Numbered from the stretch's first letter, positions 1 to 13,706 are shown. The stretch: 64,000 nucleotides of DNA from Octopus sinensis (GCF_006345805.1 NC_042999.1:109926001-109990000); one strand, 5' to 3'. The notes: generated by a model from the letters alone, not told the origin. Numbers and translations are program-made.

Positions 1-1430
1 CAGCTATAATATGAAAATGACAACTATTTTCCAGCTGAACAAAGAAATGTTTCTGAGAATTTGATGCAGTACCTCTTGAAAAACTTGTTCTAGGTACATA
101 GAGTTGTAGAGAAGGAGGAATGGGTAAAATGTTTTAATAAAAGTCGTGTAAGATGAGGCACAAAGATGATGGTAGAAAGGGAAGAGGTACTTAGGCTGAA
201 TTTAGTAGATGAAAATTTCAGAAGAATAAAAACAACTGAAGAACCTCAAGAAAAAACAAAAACAAAAAAACAAAACACAAACTAATAAGGTAGTGGTTGT
301 GGTTGTAGAGCATTCGCATGAGAAAGCTTGCCTTAAAAGGGGGGTTGTTTTTTTTCTATTTTTAATTTTTATTACAATCAAGAATGTGAATGCATGTAAT
401 GAGTGCACCAAGCATGTTGTGTAAATGGTATTATCTCCCATCTAATATGAAAATAGATGCAATAGTTCCACTATTTGCATAACATTCAATAAGTAGCAAC
501 ACTACATTACCAAACACACACACACACACATACATGCACATGTAGACATACATACACACAGATGCACACCCACCTCAACATCTGCTCCACAAAGGCTGAT
601 TAAATCAACCATGCATGCATGAAAATAGACACATAAATATGCACACACTGGCATTCACATGCACCGCATACCAACCCCACCACACACACACACATACACA
701 GATATGTGCACAAATACATATTCATACATAAAAGTCTGAATAATTTCTATTCAATAAGACACTGACTAAATCTTCAGTAGTTGATTGAACACACACGTAC
801 ACACCGTAAACTATATAAACACACTTCAGTTTCATTGATCTGAAGTTTCAACTAGGTAGTTGGGCATATAATCAAAAAACACACACTGACATATAATGTG
901 CATGTAAGTGTATGCATGTGTACATGCACACAGCCAACTCCATTCAATAAGAAACTGACTACATTTTCAAGATGATGAATTAATAAAAAGCTTCACAAGA
1001 ATAAACTATTTTCCATAAGTTTTTGTATTCTTTCTTATAATAGGATGAAACAGCATTTTCAGACAAGACTCCTGGGACACAGAATTATAGGCATCTGTAC
1101 TGAGTCATTGAAGAAATGCTATCACTGGATATATATATATATGCGTGTCTACATGCATACATGTGCAAATACATATGTGTATGTAAGTTTATAATTGTCA
1201 TCAGACTTACACTGTTAAGAGTCACAGAACTATAGGTAATTATCATGAGTGATCATTGAAATGCCCTTATGCATGTATGCTAGAAGCTAATGATCCAGGA
1301 TTATCCTAATCAATAAAATTAGTAGGGTCCAAACATGCTTAAGATATTACGGCATCATCTTATTGTTATCAGCTGGTTATTATCTGAAAAGTTAGCTCCA
1401 AAAAAAATCATCACAATTCGTGACCTCTAG

Positions 1431-1594
1431 CAGGGCCATCTTAGAAATATTATAGGCGCCTGGGCAAATCAATGTAGTGCTCTTTGAAGTATCTATTAAC
1501 AACAAGCCACAGTACATATAGATCAGAATGGTCCCCTAGACTTGTGGGGATCCTGGGCAACTGCCTTCTGTGCTCATGCTTTAAGACAGTGCTG
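1431..1594. mobile_element. Old hAT-like MITE
   Basis: Degenerate TIRs cagggccatcttag / ttaagacagtgctg; 8-bp flanks acctctag and gcttctag match 6/8 (hAT-type TSD length). Confidence 0.5.
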
Positions 1595-2439
1595 GCTTCT
1601 AGTGCAAGGGTGCTTGTCTGTGTGTGTACATGTATGTGTGTGTGAGTAAATTAACATCATTTTAAAACAAAAATCCAGGGAGATTAAATAAAAATATATA
1701 CAAGCAGCCCTGGTGAATCATGATTTAACTTCAATAGGTGATGCGTGTGCATATGAATGGCAGTGTGCACATGTATGAGTGCATGAATATCTGAGGGTTT
1801 GTGTACATATATTAGCCTATGATAGTGACTCTTTTGCTGGATGCGTATGAATATATATATATATATGTGAATGTCTGATTATGTGAAGAATGTGTACGGA
1901 GGATGTATGTTATGAAGGGTTAGTACATATGTGTTTGTGTGTGTATGCATGTGGTATATGTGTGTGTGTGTGCATGTATGCATGAGTATGTTGATAAGCT
2001 ATGAATATTACTGCATCTGTGTTTATTTGTAAAAATAGGTATTTAATTTTGTACACACACACATATATATATGGATATATATATATATATATATATGTGT
2101 GCACATGCACATACACACACAAATATATGTATGCATGTATATATATATATATATAAAGCAGATCTTTTTTATTGTGTGTGCGTGAGAGAGAGAGAGAGAG
2201 ACGGGAGTGAGAGAAAGACAGACAAACAGAGAAAGTGTGCACATAGATTTCTGTGTTTCTATAGTGTTTGTGCACTGTCTACATATATATTTAGAGAGAG
2301 AGAGAGAGAGAGAGAGAGGAAGGGTGAGTACGGGTAAATGTGCATGTCGGACAAAAGCAATGCTTATCCACAAAGCTAATACACTTCCTTCAGGTTTTTT
2401 TTTTCTTCTTTTTTTATTCGTACATGGATAAGAGAATGA

Positions 2440-2890
2440 AGAAGCGGGAGAGGGGGGGTGAGAGAGGAAGGAGGAGGAGATGGAAAGAAAAGAGTTAGAC
2501 TGGAATGGTGGTGGGAGGGCAACTAACTTAACATTGAATTCATTTGCATTCAAAGTATATAATTCATTTAGAAATAATAGATTTGATGTTGATGATGATT
2601 GCAAAGTGGAGAGGGTGGTGGTGATAGCGGTGGTGGTGGTGGTGGTGGTAAATATAGGTGACAGATTGGAAATGGAGTAGAGTAGATGAAGAGGATGAAG
2701 ATGTTGGCATTGTTTGTATCTAGGGATGTGGAGATTGCGGTAAGGGTAAGGGTAAGAGGAGGTGATGGAGGTCGCAGTTTGAGGCTGTAGAAAGGTTGGA
2801 TACTGGGGGATGTTTGTTGTGCTATGGTGACTAGCAGCTGAGCTGTGATGGTAGAAAATACAATCGTAGCAACAGCAACACAGACTCTCA

Positions 2891-2922
<32 letters not shown>

Positions 2923-3070
2923 AAGAATGTAAGAAAGAATCAAAAGTAAAAATGATAGTAGTAGAAGTAGAGAAAGTACTTAGTATATATATAGTATAGT
3001 ACCAGGAGAAAATGTAGTACAAGAAGTAGCAGAGGTAGAGGAGGTAGTTGGTGGTTACAGAACCAGCATG
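2440..3070 (+). repeat. Purine-rich low-complexity mosaic of (GGT)n/(GAG)n/(GTA)n/(GAT)n
   Basis: Strong G/A strand skew; pure (TAG)n run at about 2890-2921. Confidence 0.8.
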
Positions 3071-3277
3071 AGTAACATCACTTCCACAACCTCCTCAGAC
3101 ATGTCTAATCATAGTCATTCTCTTTGATGACTGGTTCATTCAGTTTCTTTTTCATTAAAAATGGGTTTTCAAAAAACTGATTTCCCCAAGAATAAAATGC
3201 TTGACTATAGAAATTTCCTTGTTGAAGGATGATTCAATGGCTTGCAGTGATGTATAACAGATGCAACTAAAGAAGTA

Positions 3278-3410
3278 ATGATGACATGATGAAGAAGAAG
3301 AAGAAGAAGAAGAAGAAGAAGAAGAAGAAGAACAACAACAACAACACAACAACAACAACAACAGCAGCAGCAGCAGCAATGAAAGTGATAATAATAAAAA
3401 CAATAATGAC

Positions 3411-3465
<55 letters not shown>
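3278..3465 (+). repeat. Compound microsatellite (GAT)(GAA)n(CAA)n(CAG)n(TAA)n(AG)n
   Basis: Read directly from the sequence. Confidence 0.95.
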
Positions 3466-3466
<1 letters not shown>

Positions 3467-3885
3467 ACAAACAGGACTGAACAAGGAAGATATAAAAGTT
3501 ACGCAGCATTAAAGTGTTTATAATATCTTTTGTAATAGTGACACTGGGAAGAGTACAGACATAAACAAAAAGAATCTACAAAGACTCAAAAGGAAATATT
3601 GGTATTCAGTTGAAGATGATTGAAATTGCTGGAAACTACCATTATTAATACCATAAGAATCCTAAGAAAGATTCGAGAACTTTGAAAAGTATTGTTGATA
3701 CAAATATTTATCAATAATACTATCTTGAAACTCCAAAAATCTTTATGAAATTTTTGTTGGTGTTGATGGTGATAATCCTCAAAAGTAGGGAATCTCATTC
3801 AGAGGTAAATATTTTAAGATCTCTGGCTTCACAATGTAATAGTTTATATACCTCTGTCTCACACAAGAATGCAGTATTTTATTAA

Positions 3886-4100
3886 CCCTTTCGTTACTGT
3901 ATTTATTTTGAGATGCTCTGTGTTCCTTTCAATTACTTTAAATATAACAAAGAATTTAGTAAAATAACTTAGTTATCATTCAGCTTGTGTTAGGAACATA
4001 AATTGTGACTAAGGTTTGGTGGAAGATTTTAATTCAAAACTTATGGAAACATTTGTACTCAGAACCAGAGCCAGTTTCAGCCGGGTTGGTAACAAAAGGG
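3886..4100. mobile_element. piggyBac-like MITE
   Basis: TTAA on both sides (3882-3885, 4101-4104); TIRs CCCTTTCGTTAC / GTAACAAAAGGG; a second copy lies at 39391-39832. Confidence 0.75.
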
Positions 4101-5177
4101 TTAATCTAATTAATTATTCATATCACAATATTTTTCCCTGCAAATTTTCAGGTCTTGGGTCAGATTTTGGTCTTATGTTTATATTAGAAAAAACATCATG
4201 TTAAAGGAGGTTGATGTGGGAGCTATGTGCATTGCAGTATAAAGTTATGTCTTTTTGCTCTCTGTGTCCACATGCCATGGGAATTTATTTTCTGAGGTTG
4301 ATAACATAGGAGTCACTTAAATATCAGGGCTGATTTAATTAAACGTTTCCTCTAGAAGAATGTATGGCATTATGACTATATTAAAAACGCATTTTGGTAT
4401 TGATTGCAATATGATAAAATATGCTTTTGCTCAGCATTAACAGAAGATTTTAATAGATTTCTTCAATTTAAAGAAGTAGAATGAAGTATTTTAGTCAAAG
4501 ACAGGAAAAGAACAGAAGAAAGCTTAGAATACAACACTCTTTGCTTAAATTAAAATGAATTTTTTTACAACTTCAAAGTGTGCAGTAACAATATCCAAAA
4601 TATATGATGTGTAGGAGAATGTGAGTTGTGGCATTTATGCTTTTCTGTTGAGACATTATAAATGTTATGAACTATCATAACAATGTAAGCCAAAACTTCT
4701 CCAAGAGTCAAGACTAGATTATAGGATCAACTCATGGGGAGTTTAACTTTTTTCTATGATACCCATCTTCTCTACAGAACTCAACAGCCTAATAATTAGG
4801 AATTCTAACATAAGAACATGGTCATAAAATTTGGAGAAGTGAGTTTTCGATTCTGTTGACCTCTAATACTTAAAAAGTAATTATTTCATTGACCTTTGAA
4901 AGATATAAGGAGTAACACTAACAGGAGTTTAACTCAAAACATAACTAATGAATACAGAGCATTTTTTCTGGCATTCAACACTCATTAAAGAATACAACTT
5001 TGTAACAGAGGCAGAAACCCACACATATACAGGAGAAAGATATAAATGACTGAATCAACTGCTGGTATATTACTGATACTTATTTATCCACCCCAGAGGG
5101 ATGACAAAGAGAGAAAGTTAAATAGTATCATATTCCTGACTCGACTGTCTGTTTAACAATTGTTTTTAGTGTTTTTA

Positions 5178-5320
5178 ATATAGGCACAAAGCCTGAAACT
5201 TGAGGAGATGGGGGCTAGCTGATTAGATTACTTGGCTGATACCTTATTTTATTGACCCTAGAGGAATGAAAAGCAAATTTGATCTTGATTTTGGAAGGAT
5301 TTGAACACAGAATGTAAAAA
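5178..5320 (-). mobile_element. SINE family B fragment
   Basis: Reverse complement matches the ttctgagttcaaat...tttgcctttcatcc...aggccttgtgccta pattern of the copies at 17636-19085. Confidence 0.55.
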
Positions 5321-6483
5321 TAGTACAAAGAATTTTGTTTTATGTGCTAGCAATTCAGTTAATTGAGTACTGTCTTATAATTATAGTAGAAAGACACATT
5401 CCCTGGAAATAAATTCTGATAGAAAATTGTTGCCTATCCTCCTTTTTCTTTACTTTTTGCTTCCAATCAAAGGATACTCAATTTTCACATTTGATATAAC
5501 AAAAATTGAAGCAAAGGAGCAAGTAGGTTATTTATCTAAGGATTATTGCAAGAAAACTTATTATATAGGATACACTATCAGATTTAAGGACAACTGGGAA
5601 GTGAAATTATGACACTCATGTCCTTCACAAAGGCATTGATGACATAAAAATTAAAGGAGGCTATGCCTAAGAATAAAACTTGATCACAGATATAGCTCAC
5701 CAGGAGTTTAGCCTTACTTAATCATAATCAACTAAAAAAACGTGACATGCTCTTTAGCTAAAAATGAATTTTAGTAACAAACTCAAAATATATGTTAGGT
5801 GCAGAAATATTTTAAAAAGTTGCAGCACTATATGAAAATTTGCAGTGTACACTGACACTAATTCATTCACACCTCCTTAACCCTTTGCTATAATTTTTCT
5901 TATATTTATGTTTTTATTTGTTTAATAGTTGTTTCATGTCCCACAAATACACATTCAGTTTTATCCTTATGGCTATGTCTGACAATTTCAAAGCAAAGCA
6001 AGAAATAAGAAACAAAAATTCAACAAAAGGAAAATAACCCCCCCCCCTCACCAAATAAACAAAAACATTAGGAATAGATATTCAATGAATGCAAACAAAA
6101 CAAAACAAAAAAAAACTAAAACAAATGCAAGCAAAAACTCTCAGATTCTATACCATACAATGGATGAGTGATGAGTGGAGTGGATTACATGCTTAGTGTA
6201 TAAATTGGAAGTATGACTGCTTTGCATAGGAGATTATGGGTTCTTCTCCCACTGCAGGCAGTATAATAATGTACTCAGGAAAATGGTTTTCCCTCTATGC
6301 CACAGACCAACCAGCTGTAGATTAGGCACTGATTTTGCAATAGTCTAAAGTGAGACTATCATACACAGGGTAAGGACAGAGGTCTTATCTCTCATTTATT
6401 TAAAACTTAAGGAATAGATAAACAATGATCCTGTAAACTATATTGTACTTTATTGCTGTTTATTTGTATTTATTTTTTATTAG

Positions 6484-6519
<36 letters not shown>

Positions 6520-7587
6520 GAGACTGACTCACTGCAGAAGAATCTCTCCATGTAATGAAGATATTTAACTAGGTTGCAGTTGCAAAATAAAAATGAATGA
6601 CTATTTGCAACCTGCAGTAGTTAGTTAATGCTTACAAAATTAGATGTGGTAACATAAGAACGAGGACTGTTTTTCATGCTGATGCCATCCTAACTAATTT
6701 GTCTGTAAATTATTGTCTAAAATATGGTGTCACACCTATGCATATATAATCTTGTACATCTAACTTAGTGAGTCTTACATCACAACTTTGGCAAGTACAG
6801 TAAAGTCTTTGCTTCAGTAACAAGGTTTAACAATACCGAAACATGTTCAGAGTTGTCTTCCATACATGCCAAACTGATTAAAGTAACATAAATGCCCAGC
6901 TAATGATGTTCCCAATTAGTTTTCTTTTTAATGTGGAGTAGGGGCCGAAACCGGACGTGGTTCCTCCCTGATGATGTCTTGAGCTAACTGGATCCTATAA
7001 AGGAGCTGTTGTGGTAGCAGACCACGAAACACGGTTGGAATTCCTATTGCGAAACACTAACATGGATACTTTGCTCTGCTTAAATGAAAACCCCCCAACC
7101 ATAGAATGCTCTCTAACATGCAAGTACATTTAGCTATATAAAAATTATGTAAAGACAGAGAAATAGTAACACGACTCAATTTGTAGGTGTAGTTTGATTT
7201 CTTTTGACCGAGCATTACACTCTTTGTACAAGACGAACACAAGCAAAGCTACAGTAGACTGACTCAGCTAGAGTTATTTAACGACATACATTCTAAACCA
7301 CTCCTAAGAAATAATAGCAAAAACACAAGACATTATAAAGCAACCAACGCAACTCTAAACACCATTCCAACTCTGCTCGTTTGATAGCTGACAAATAAAA
7401 ACTCATTAATAAATATTAATGAACTTTTTTTTTCACGTGTCTGCCATCCAATCAATAATTAAAATGGTTATTGCCACCTTTCTCAATATTATATACTGTG
7501 TAGAGATCTGCTTTGGATAACATATCTATAAATGTAATTCATTGGCAGTGTGTAATCTCTCACACTATCTGAATCCATCTATTGACG

Positions 7588-7601
7588 TGTGTGTGTGTGT
7601 G

Positions 7602-7672
<71 letters not shown>
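7588..7672 (+). repeat. (GT)n microsatellite
   Basis: Read directly from the sequence. Confidence 0.95.
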
Positions 7673-7676
<4 letters not shown>

Positions 7677-8077
7677 TACACATGCCTGTATGAAGTACAT
7701 AGGAATGGAGTATAGGGAGAGAGTGAAAAGAAAGAAAGGGAGCAGAAAAATATTCTCTAAGTCTAAAAAAAAAGTGTCTTTTAATGTTAACATTAAGTGA
7801 GAACTAAGCTAAATTATGGAGAAAAATAAAAATCATCCAAGTGACAAAATGCATATATGTATGCATGTGTGATGTAAAAGTATGTGCACACATACGCATG
7901 CACATAAATGCACAAATAAATTGGAAATAAAGAAACAAAGAGAAACTGTAATATAAATTAATAGATATACGAGCATCTACCTTTTACATCAGTATCTATT
8001 AAATGTATCAGTAATTAGAGGCAAATAGACAGAGACATAAACTTACACACACACGCACACATACACACACACACAAT

Positions 8078-8190
8078 AACAACAACAACGACTATAATAA
8101 TAATAATAATAATGATAATAATAATAATAATAATAATGATAATAATAATAATAATAATAATGATAATAATGATGATGATGATAATAATAA
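8078..8190 (+). repeat. (AAC)n/(AAT)n/(GAT)n microsatellite
   Basis: Read directly from the sequence. Confidence 0.95.
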
Positions 8191-8489
8191 AAACTCATTA
8201 TATTTCATTTTCATTTTTCCTAATATATATTAAGACATTCAAGAAAATTCTCAAACAAATGTTATATCAATTAGTAGTGTTTATTAATAATTTTGCAGTT
8301 GACAAAAATGAGGAAAGGAAAAATAATATAAATAATAAGGAATAAGAAAAGAAAAAAAATATTTAAAAATTATCCAAATAAAAAATTACATTGTAGACTT
8401 TTAATTTGTTCTTTTTATTAATTAGTGAGAGTTTCCATCAAATATAAAAGGTGATGTAAATAGGAGAAAGAATGGTAGTAACAACATAC

Positions 8490-8565
8490 CTGCACTCCTG
8501 GCCACAGACTAAAATCATCACGTTGGTGACGTTCCGTCATATTTAGACTGGGGTAGCAGTCAGGA
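8490..8565 (-). CDS. Candidate 76-nt internal coding exon, PDCYPSLNMTERHQRDDFSLWPGVQ; product unknown
   Basis: Long pyrimidine tract ending tattttccag; donor CAG/gtatgt; only one frame open (phase 2 to phase 0); locally raised GC and CpG. Confidence 0.45.
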
Positions 8566-8867
8566 CTGGAAAATACGAAGAAATAAGCATATAAGTAAAA
8601 AAATAAAATAAAATGATTATCGAAAGCATTGGAAGATAATGGCAAAGAAAACATTATTTAAATCATTCTTGTTTTAAAATAGTAACAAATATAATTTTGA
8701 CAAACAAAATTAATACAAAAGTTATTCTGTATGTGATAAAACAATGCTATGGCAACGACATCACTGTTTTTGTCCTCATGCAAAAAAATAAATTGAATTT
8801 CAAATTAACCATGCACAATAGCAGATGCTGATCACCACCTCAGTTAGAAAAAGACAACCAACTAGAC

Positions 8868-9219
8868 CAGTGGTTCTCAACTGGGGTCCATATAAGATCT
8901 TGTTGGGGTAGGGGTCCATGCAAGAAAAATAGTAAATTGGGGAGCCACAGTAGTATTTTAAATGTCCGTGGAAAACAAAAACAAAATTGCTTTAGATGTA
9001 TTGATTGCAAGAAACAGACAGGGTTTTTTCACTAATGTTTTACATAGTTCAACATGTTTCTGGCAAACATGTTCTCTCAGAAAGTTCTATTGCAAACCTA
9101 TACAAGTGAATTTTGAAAGAAGAATCTATAAAACTAGCTTTTAGACATTGGGGAACTATAGGAGTCCTCCAGTATAAAATAGTTAATCAGGGGAGATCGT
9201 GGGAATTCAAGGGAGACTG
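8868..9219. mobile_element. hAT (Charlie-like) MITE
   Basis: Left end cagtggttctcaa; 8-bp flanks aactagac / cactagac; internal sequence shared with 55728-56022. The right TIR is degenerate. Confidence 0.55.
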
Positions 9220-9487
9220 CACTAGACTCATATATATATATAGTAAATACACAACAATGGAATGAAGATGGAAATTTTTAATCGGTGATAACTCTTTCAA
9301 TAATCAGAAGAATTTTTTACATTAATCCCCATGATGCACATTATGTAAATACAGAGGCTATGTAATAAGTTTCACTAATTATTTCTTCAGGCTCAGTTAC
9401 ACCAAACCAGATGCTGGTTTTCATAGCAGAAATTACTCTATTAAATATAATAAAGAAGGAATGGTATAGAAAAAAAAATTATAAAGT

Positions 9488-9895
9488 GGCATAGGAGTGG
9501 CTGTGTGATAAGTAACTTGCTTATGAATCACATGGTTCCGGGTTCAGTCCCACTGCATGGCACCTTGGGCAAGTGTCTTCTACTATAGCCTCGGGCTGAT
9601 CAAAGCCTTGTGAGTGGATTTGGTAGACAGAAATTGAAAGAAGCCCGTCATATATATGTATATATATATGTGTGTGTGTATATGTTTGTGTGTCTGTGTT
9701 TGTCCCCTCAACATTGCTTAACAACCGATGCTGATGTGTTTACATCCCTGTAACTTAGTGGTTTGGCAAAAGAGACCGATAAAATAAGTACGAGGCTTAC
9801 AAAGATTAAGTCCTGGGGTCGATTTGCTCGACTAAAGGCAGTGCTCCAGCATGGCCACAGTCAAATGACTGAAACAAGTAAAAGAGTAAAAAGAG
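9488..9895 (+). mobile_element. tRNA-derived SINE family A, near full length
   Basis: A-box-like head, B-box-like ggttcagtccc, internal (TA/TG)n, tail gaaacaagtaaaagag; similar copies at 30655 and 42662. Confidence 0.85.
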
Positions 9896-12800
9896 CAGTT
9901 TGTCACACTTTCAAAAATTCACTCGAGTAGGGAGACTACAGAGACAGATTATCTTATTAGTTTCCCAATGTTAAATCTACAGTAAACAGCCAGGGCCACA
10001 AATGATGACTGGCTAGGAATGATCTAATTTATTGTATGAATACTAAAGAGGCAGAAATAAGAGCAAAGAACTCAAATATATACATCCTGACAAGTTTACA
10101 TATGTATGCACTTATATGCACATACACACATACATACATACATACATACATACATACATACATGCAGTATCTATGTCTATATGTAATAAATGAGTATCTG
10201 CAGCTCCAAATTAAGGTCTTTTATGGCGGTGTTTATAAAATACTATTAAAGTAGACAAATATAATCCCAAACTAATTCCATGTTTTTTTTGTGTCCTCTA
10301 TTCAATTTATTTATTCAGTATGACATGTTGCTTTAATAGCACTTTCACTTTTTCCCTGCCCACTTCTTTCACTTTCTTGTTCTCTACGATGCCCAGTTTA
10401 TTTGGATACTACAGCCTCTTTTTCATCATTCTAGTAAGCAGAAAGTACTGCTGAAGTGTCTTAAGTATCACAAGCAATATCATTTATCTATCAATAAAAT
10501 CTCACTTAAATGAGAATATCATCTTGCAAGATATCAGTAAAAGATGTTTTTAAGTTTATAAATGATGAGAAAAGGGAAAGGAACCAAAATATACAAGCTA
10601 AACCCTTCCAAAAGACTAACCATGCCATGCCATCTAACATCCCTTTTGATCACCAAACATATTCTGGTCTTTCTACATATGCACTCGGGTGGATCAATCA
10701 TTACAATTACTAAAAATTTGAATTGATTTGTATGAATAAAAAAAAGATCCATTAGATTTTTAAATGCTTCAAAATGGCCAGTTGATTCCTATAATCATTC
10801 TCCTTTTACCATAATATTTCTTCAGTCCTAGAAGATACAGAGTTATCAATAAAGTCATCGAGTTTCAGATATATTATGGATATATCTAAACTGGGTAGCT
10901 ATCTAACACATGATACACTGAAATACAAGATAATTTATTAATGAAATCTACAAAATATGAGCTTTGTTCTTAGAATTTCTATTTTAATAAGTTTTCTCTT
11001 TTCCTCTTTTTTCTTTTTTAATTAGATATATGGATTCTTATCATTATTATTGAGAGGAGACAACTGATTAACTAAATCCAATATATTATTGGTATTAACT
11101 AATTTTATCTATTTTAGAGTGGAAGGCACCAAAAGCTTATTTTGAAATTGGCTTTTTATATTTAAAATGTATATAGATAATTCCTGCCAAATTTCAAAGA
11201 ATATTTTAAGGAATGATTATAGGAATGTAAATCACAAATTCTTAAACAGATTTTCATCCAGATATCTAATGAGATTTAAAATAGCTGTTTGATATGTAAG
11301 AAAGTGCAGTGAAATTTCTTTCAATTACAATATTCTAAAGAAATTTACTTTGCAACTACTTGGTTGTTTACACCATGCTGCCCTTTAGATATGTGTCTTT
11401 TACTACGGTTTTGGCTTGACCAATACTTTGGTTGGGTATATCACACATGCATTGAAACACATCAGTAATATCAGTGAGAAAACAGACAAACTGATGCTTT
11501 TGAACACAGTGCCAAATAGTTTGCTTGAGTTGTACAGACACCCCTTGTCACTCTTGCCATAGTAAATAAAGTGAACCAGTTATTGGAAACATGCAACCAA
11601 CAATGCAGATCATCATAAAATGTGATTTAAAAAAATCAATAACAAAAATAACCACTTGTTACTATCTTAAAAGGACTTTGGCACAATGCACAATGTAGCC
11701 CTGGATATATAAAAGATGAGATTGTTATGGTTAAAACACCTTTGATTATAGATCTGCTTAATGAGGACAATAACAAACAATAACAACATAACAGTTATGA
11801 TACATCTGTTAATTTTTTTTTTATAGTTGTGTGTTGAATTTGGCATTACAAACTGGGTATGTTCTCAAAGAACAGAAGGGCATGAGCAGAGAAGGTATGA
11901 ATGTTATTATTGCAGTAAAAGAGCTTGGAAAGTTGAGAATTTCAGTAGTGTAAAAGTACATGAGGCAGCAGAAGAAGAGTTACAGAATGACTTTACATAA
12001 CTCTTAATTAAAACTAAGGTTTACAGAATCCATGGAAAACTTAGGAAATAAAGCTTTCAATGTTCTTGAAATTTATGTTTCTTGGCCAACAAATAATTGG
12101 AAAACATTTAATATTCTAAAATCAAAGTCTCAGTTTTTTTGTACTTTGAATAACAAATATTCAGCTTTTAAAAAAATTTGAGTCACAAAAATTAAAAGAA
12201 AAATAGTAAAAAATTATTTTAAATAAATAGGTTGGTTTAGAAATGAACTGAAATATTAAGCAAGGAATTCTTGATAAATTATGAATAACATTTGCTATCA
12301 ATGCTGTAGTGACAATGCTGAGTTGAGATTATTTTTGCAGGCATCAAACAATGCCTTCAGCTAAAATGTCGCTAAAACAACTGTGAAAGATTTCAAATAT
12401 TCTTTGGAATAATTTTGAGACACAAGAAGTTGATATTTAACTTGCATCATTAAATACACCATGGCATACAGAATTATATATACCATAAAAAAGAAAAAAG
12501 TTCACGACACATTTATCATTGCTTGTACAGATATTAGATTTACTTATCAACTGATTGAAACGCTTAAGGAAAGAGAGAGAGAAAAGGAGGGAGGGAAAGA
12601 GACAGAATTAAAGGTGGAAGGTGGAGGGAGAGGAAACAAATATATTAATGGAATTACTAATTGAGAAAGAACTTATTTTAATTATTCAGTTATTTAATTT
12701 CTTTATATTTTTCCTTTCTCCGTTATAAAAAAAAAATAAATAAATAAAAATAAATAAAGATGTTAAGCTCCAATAGCAACTGGGAACCAGAGTCAATTTG

Positions 12801-13467
12801 TTTTCCTTGAAGACAGCAAACAAGTTTACTCAAAGCAAGATCCCTAATGAATAGGTTTCCAGTGACAGGAAATAACTAATGATTAATTTTGCTATGTCAC
12901 GACAAACTTCAGTGACTGTGCCTATTGCTCAGAAGGTGAAGTGCATTCATTGTTATAGGAAAGCACTCACTCGAACTAATAACTACTGACAGGGAGACAT
13001 TTGTTGTCATACAGGGGTTCACTGATTAACTATCTCTATAAATGAATTCCAATTGAAAATGAACAGACAAATGTTCAGAAACTTGGTCAATCATCTAGGA
13101 TGTAATGATACTGAAAATTATTCTCATTTCTTTTAGAATATCGTTGAAGAAAAGGGAGGATATATGGAATACAATGCCATTTTCAAAGACTGCCATAGTA
13201 GTTTATTGTAGAATAAGTCTTAAAAGATTCAGGAAACTGACTGATTTAGAAGAGTTGCCCTTCCAAAACAGATCAAGACTAAAAGTAACTATTTTGTGCA
13301 AAACTAAATAAAGCTTAAATTAGAATTTTAATTCACTAAAATATATAAAAAAGCTGATTTGATTGTTAAAATAAACCTTCTATTTTCCTAAATTGTGTTT
13401 ACAAAATACTCAGCTTTTCTAAAAGTAAATTAGATTAGCGATTATAATGATGATAATGATGATGATG

Positions 13468-13504
<37 letters not shown>

Positions 13505-13507
<3 letters not shown>

Positions 13508-13706
13508 TGATAATAATTCTTTCTTCTATAGGCACAAGGCCTGAAATTTAGTGGGAAGGGGCAAGTCAATTACATTGAACCCAGTATTTGACTGGTGCTT
13601 GTTTCATCAACCCTGAAAGGATGAAAAGCAGAGTCAACTTCAGTGGAATCTGGACTCAGAAAAATCCATTTTGTCTGGTGTTCTAACTATTCTGCCAGCT
13701 TACCTT
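13505..13706 (-). mobile_element. tRNA-derived SINE family B
   Basis: Reverse complement starts aaggtaagctggcagaatagttag and ends aggccttgtgcctatagaagaaag + (ATT)n. Confidence 0.7.

Noticed and set aside
1910-3484. Long ORFs of up to 306 aa (likewise 33410-33978, 52107-52967, 53908-54519, 60098-60684)
   Set aside because: They are built from di- and trinucleotide microsatellites that lack stop codons.
5471-5612. Secreted peptide ORF MLPILLFLYFLLPIKG...
   Set aside because: It starts at TTG, the apparent signal peptide is just a translated polypyrimidine tract, and no linked exon could be supported.
6533-6611. Minus-strand 79-nt open exon with a gtgagt donor
   Set aside because: It coincides with an imperfect inverted repeat, and the Phe/Cys/Leu-rich translation is typical of non-coding DNA.
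6947-7040. Intact, active hammerhead ribozyme
   Set aside because: No arrangement gives proper stems I, II and III together (no room for stem I after the first core; at most 2-3 bp in the second). Kept only as a degenerate candidate.
10381-10941. Frame that reads protein-like if TAA/TAG were Gln (similar impressions at 3539-3804, 15973-16139, 28451-28610, 33207-33450)
   Set aside because: About 10 stops in about 187 codons is near the chance rate for this base composition. TAA/TAG excess is expected in AT-rich DNA, and the transposase ORF in the window ends at a normal TAA.
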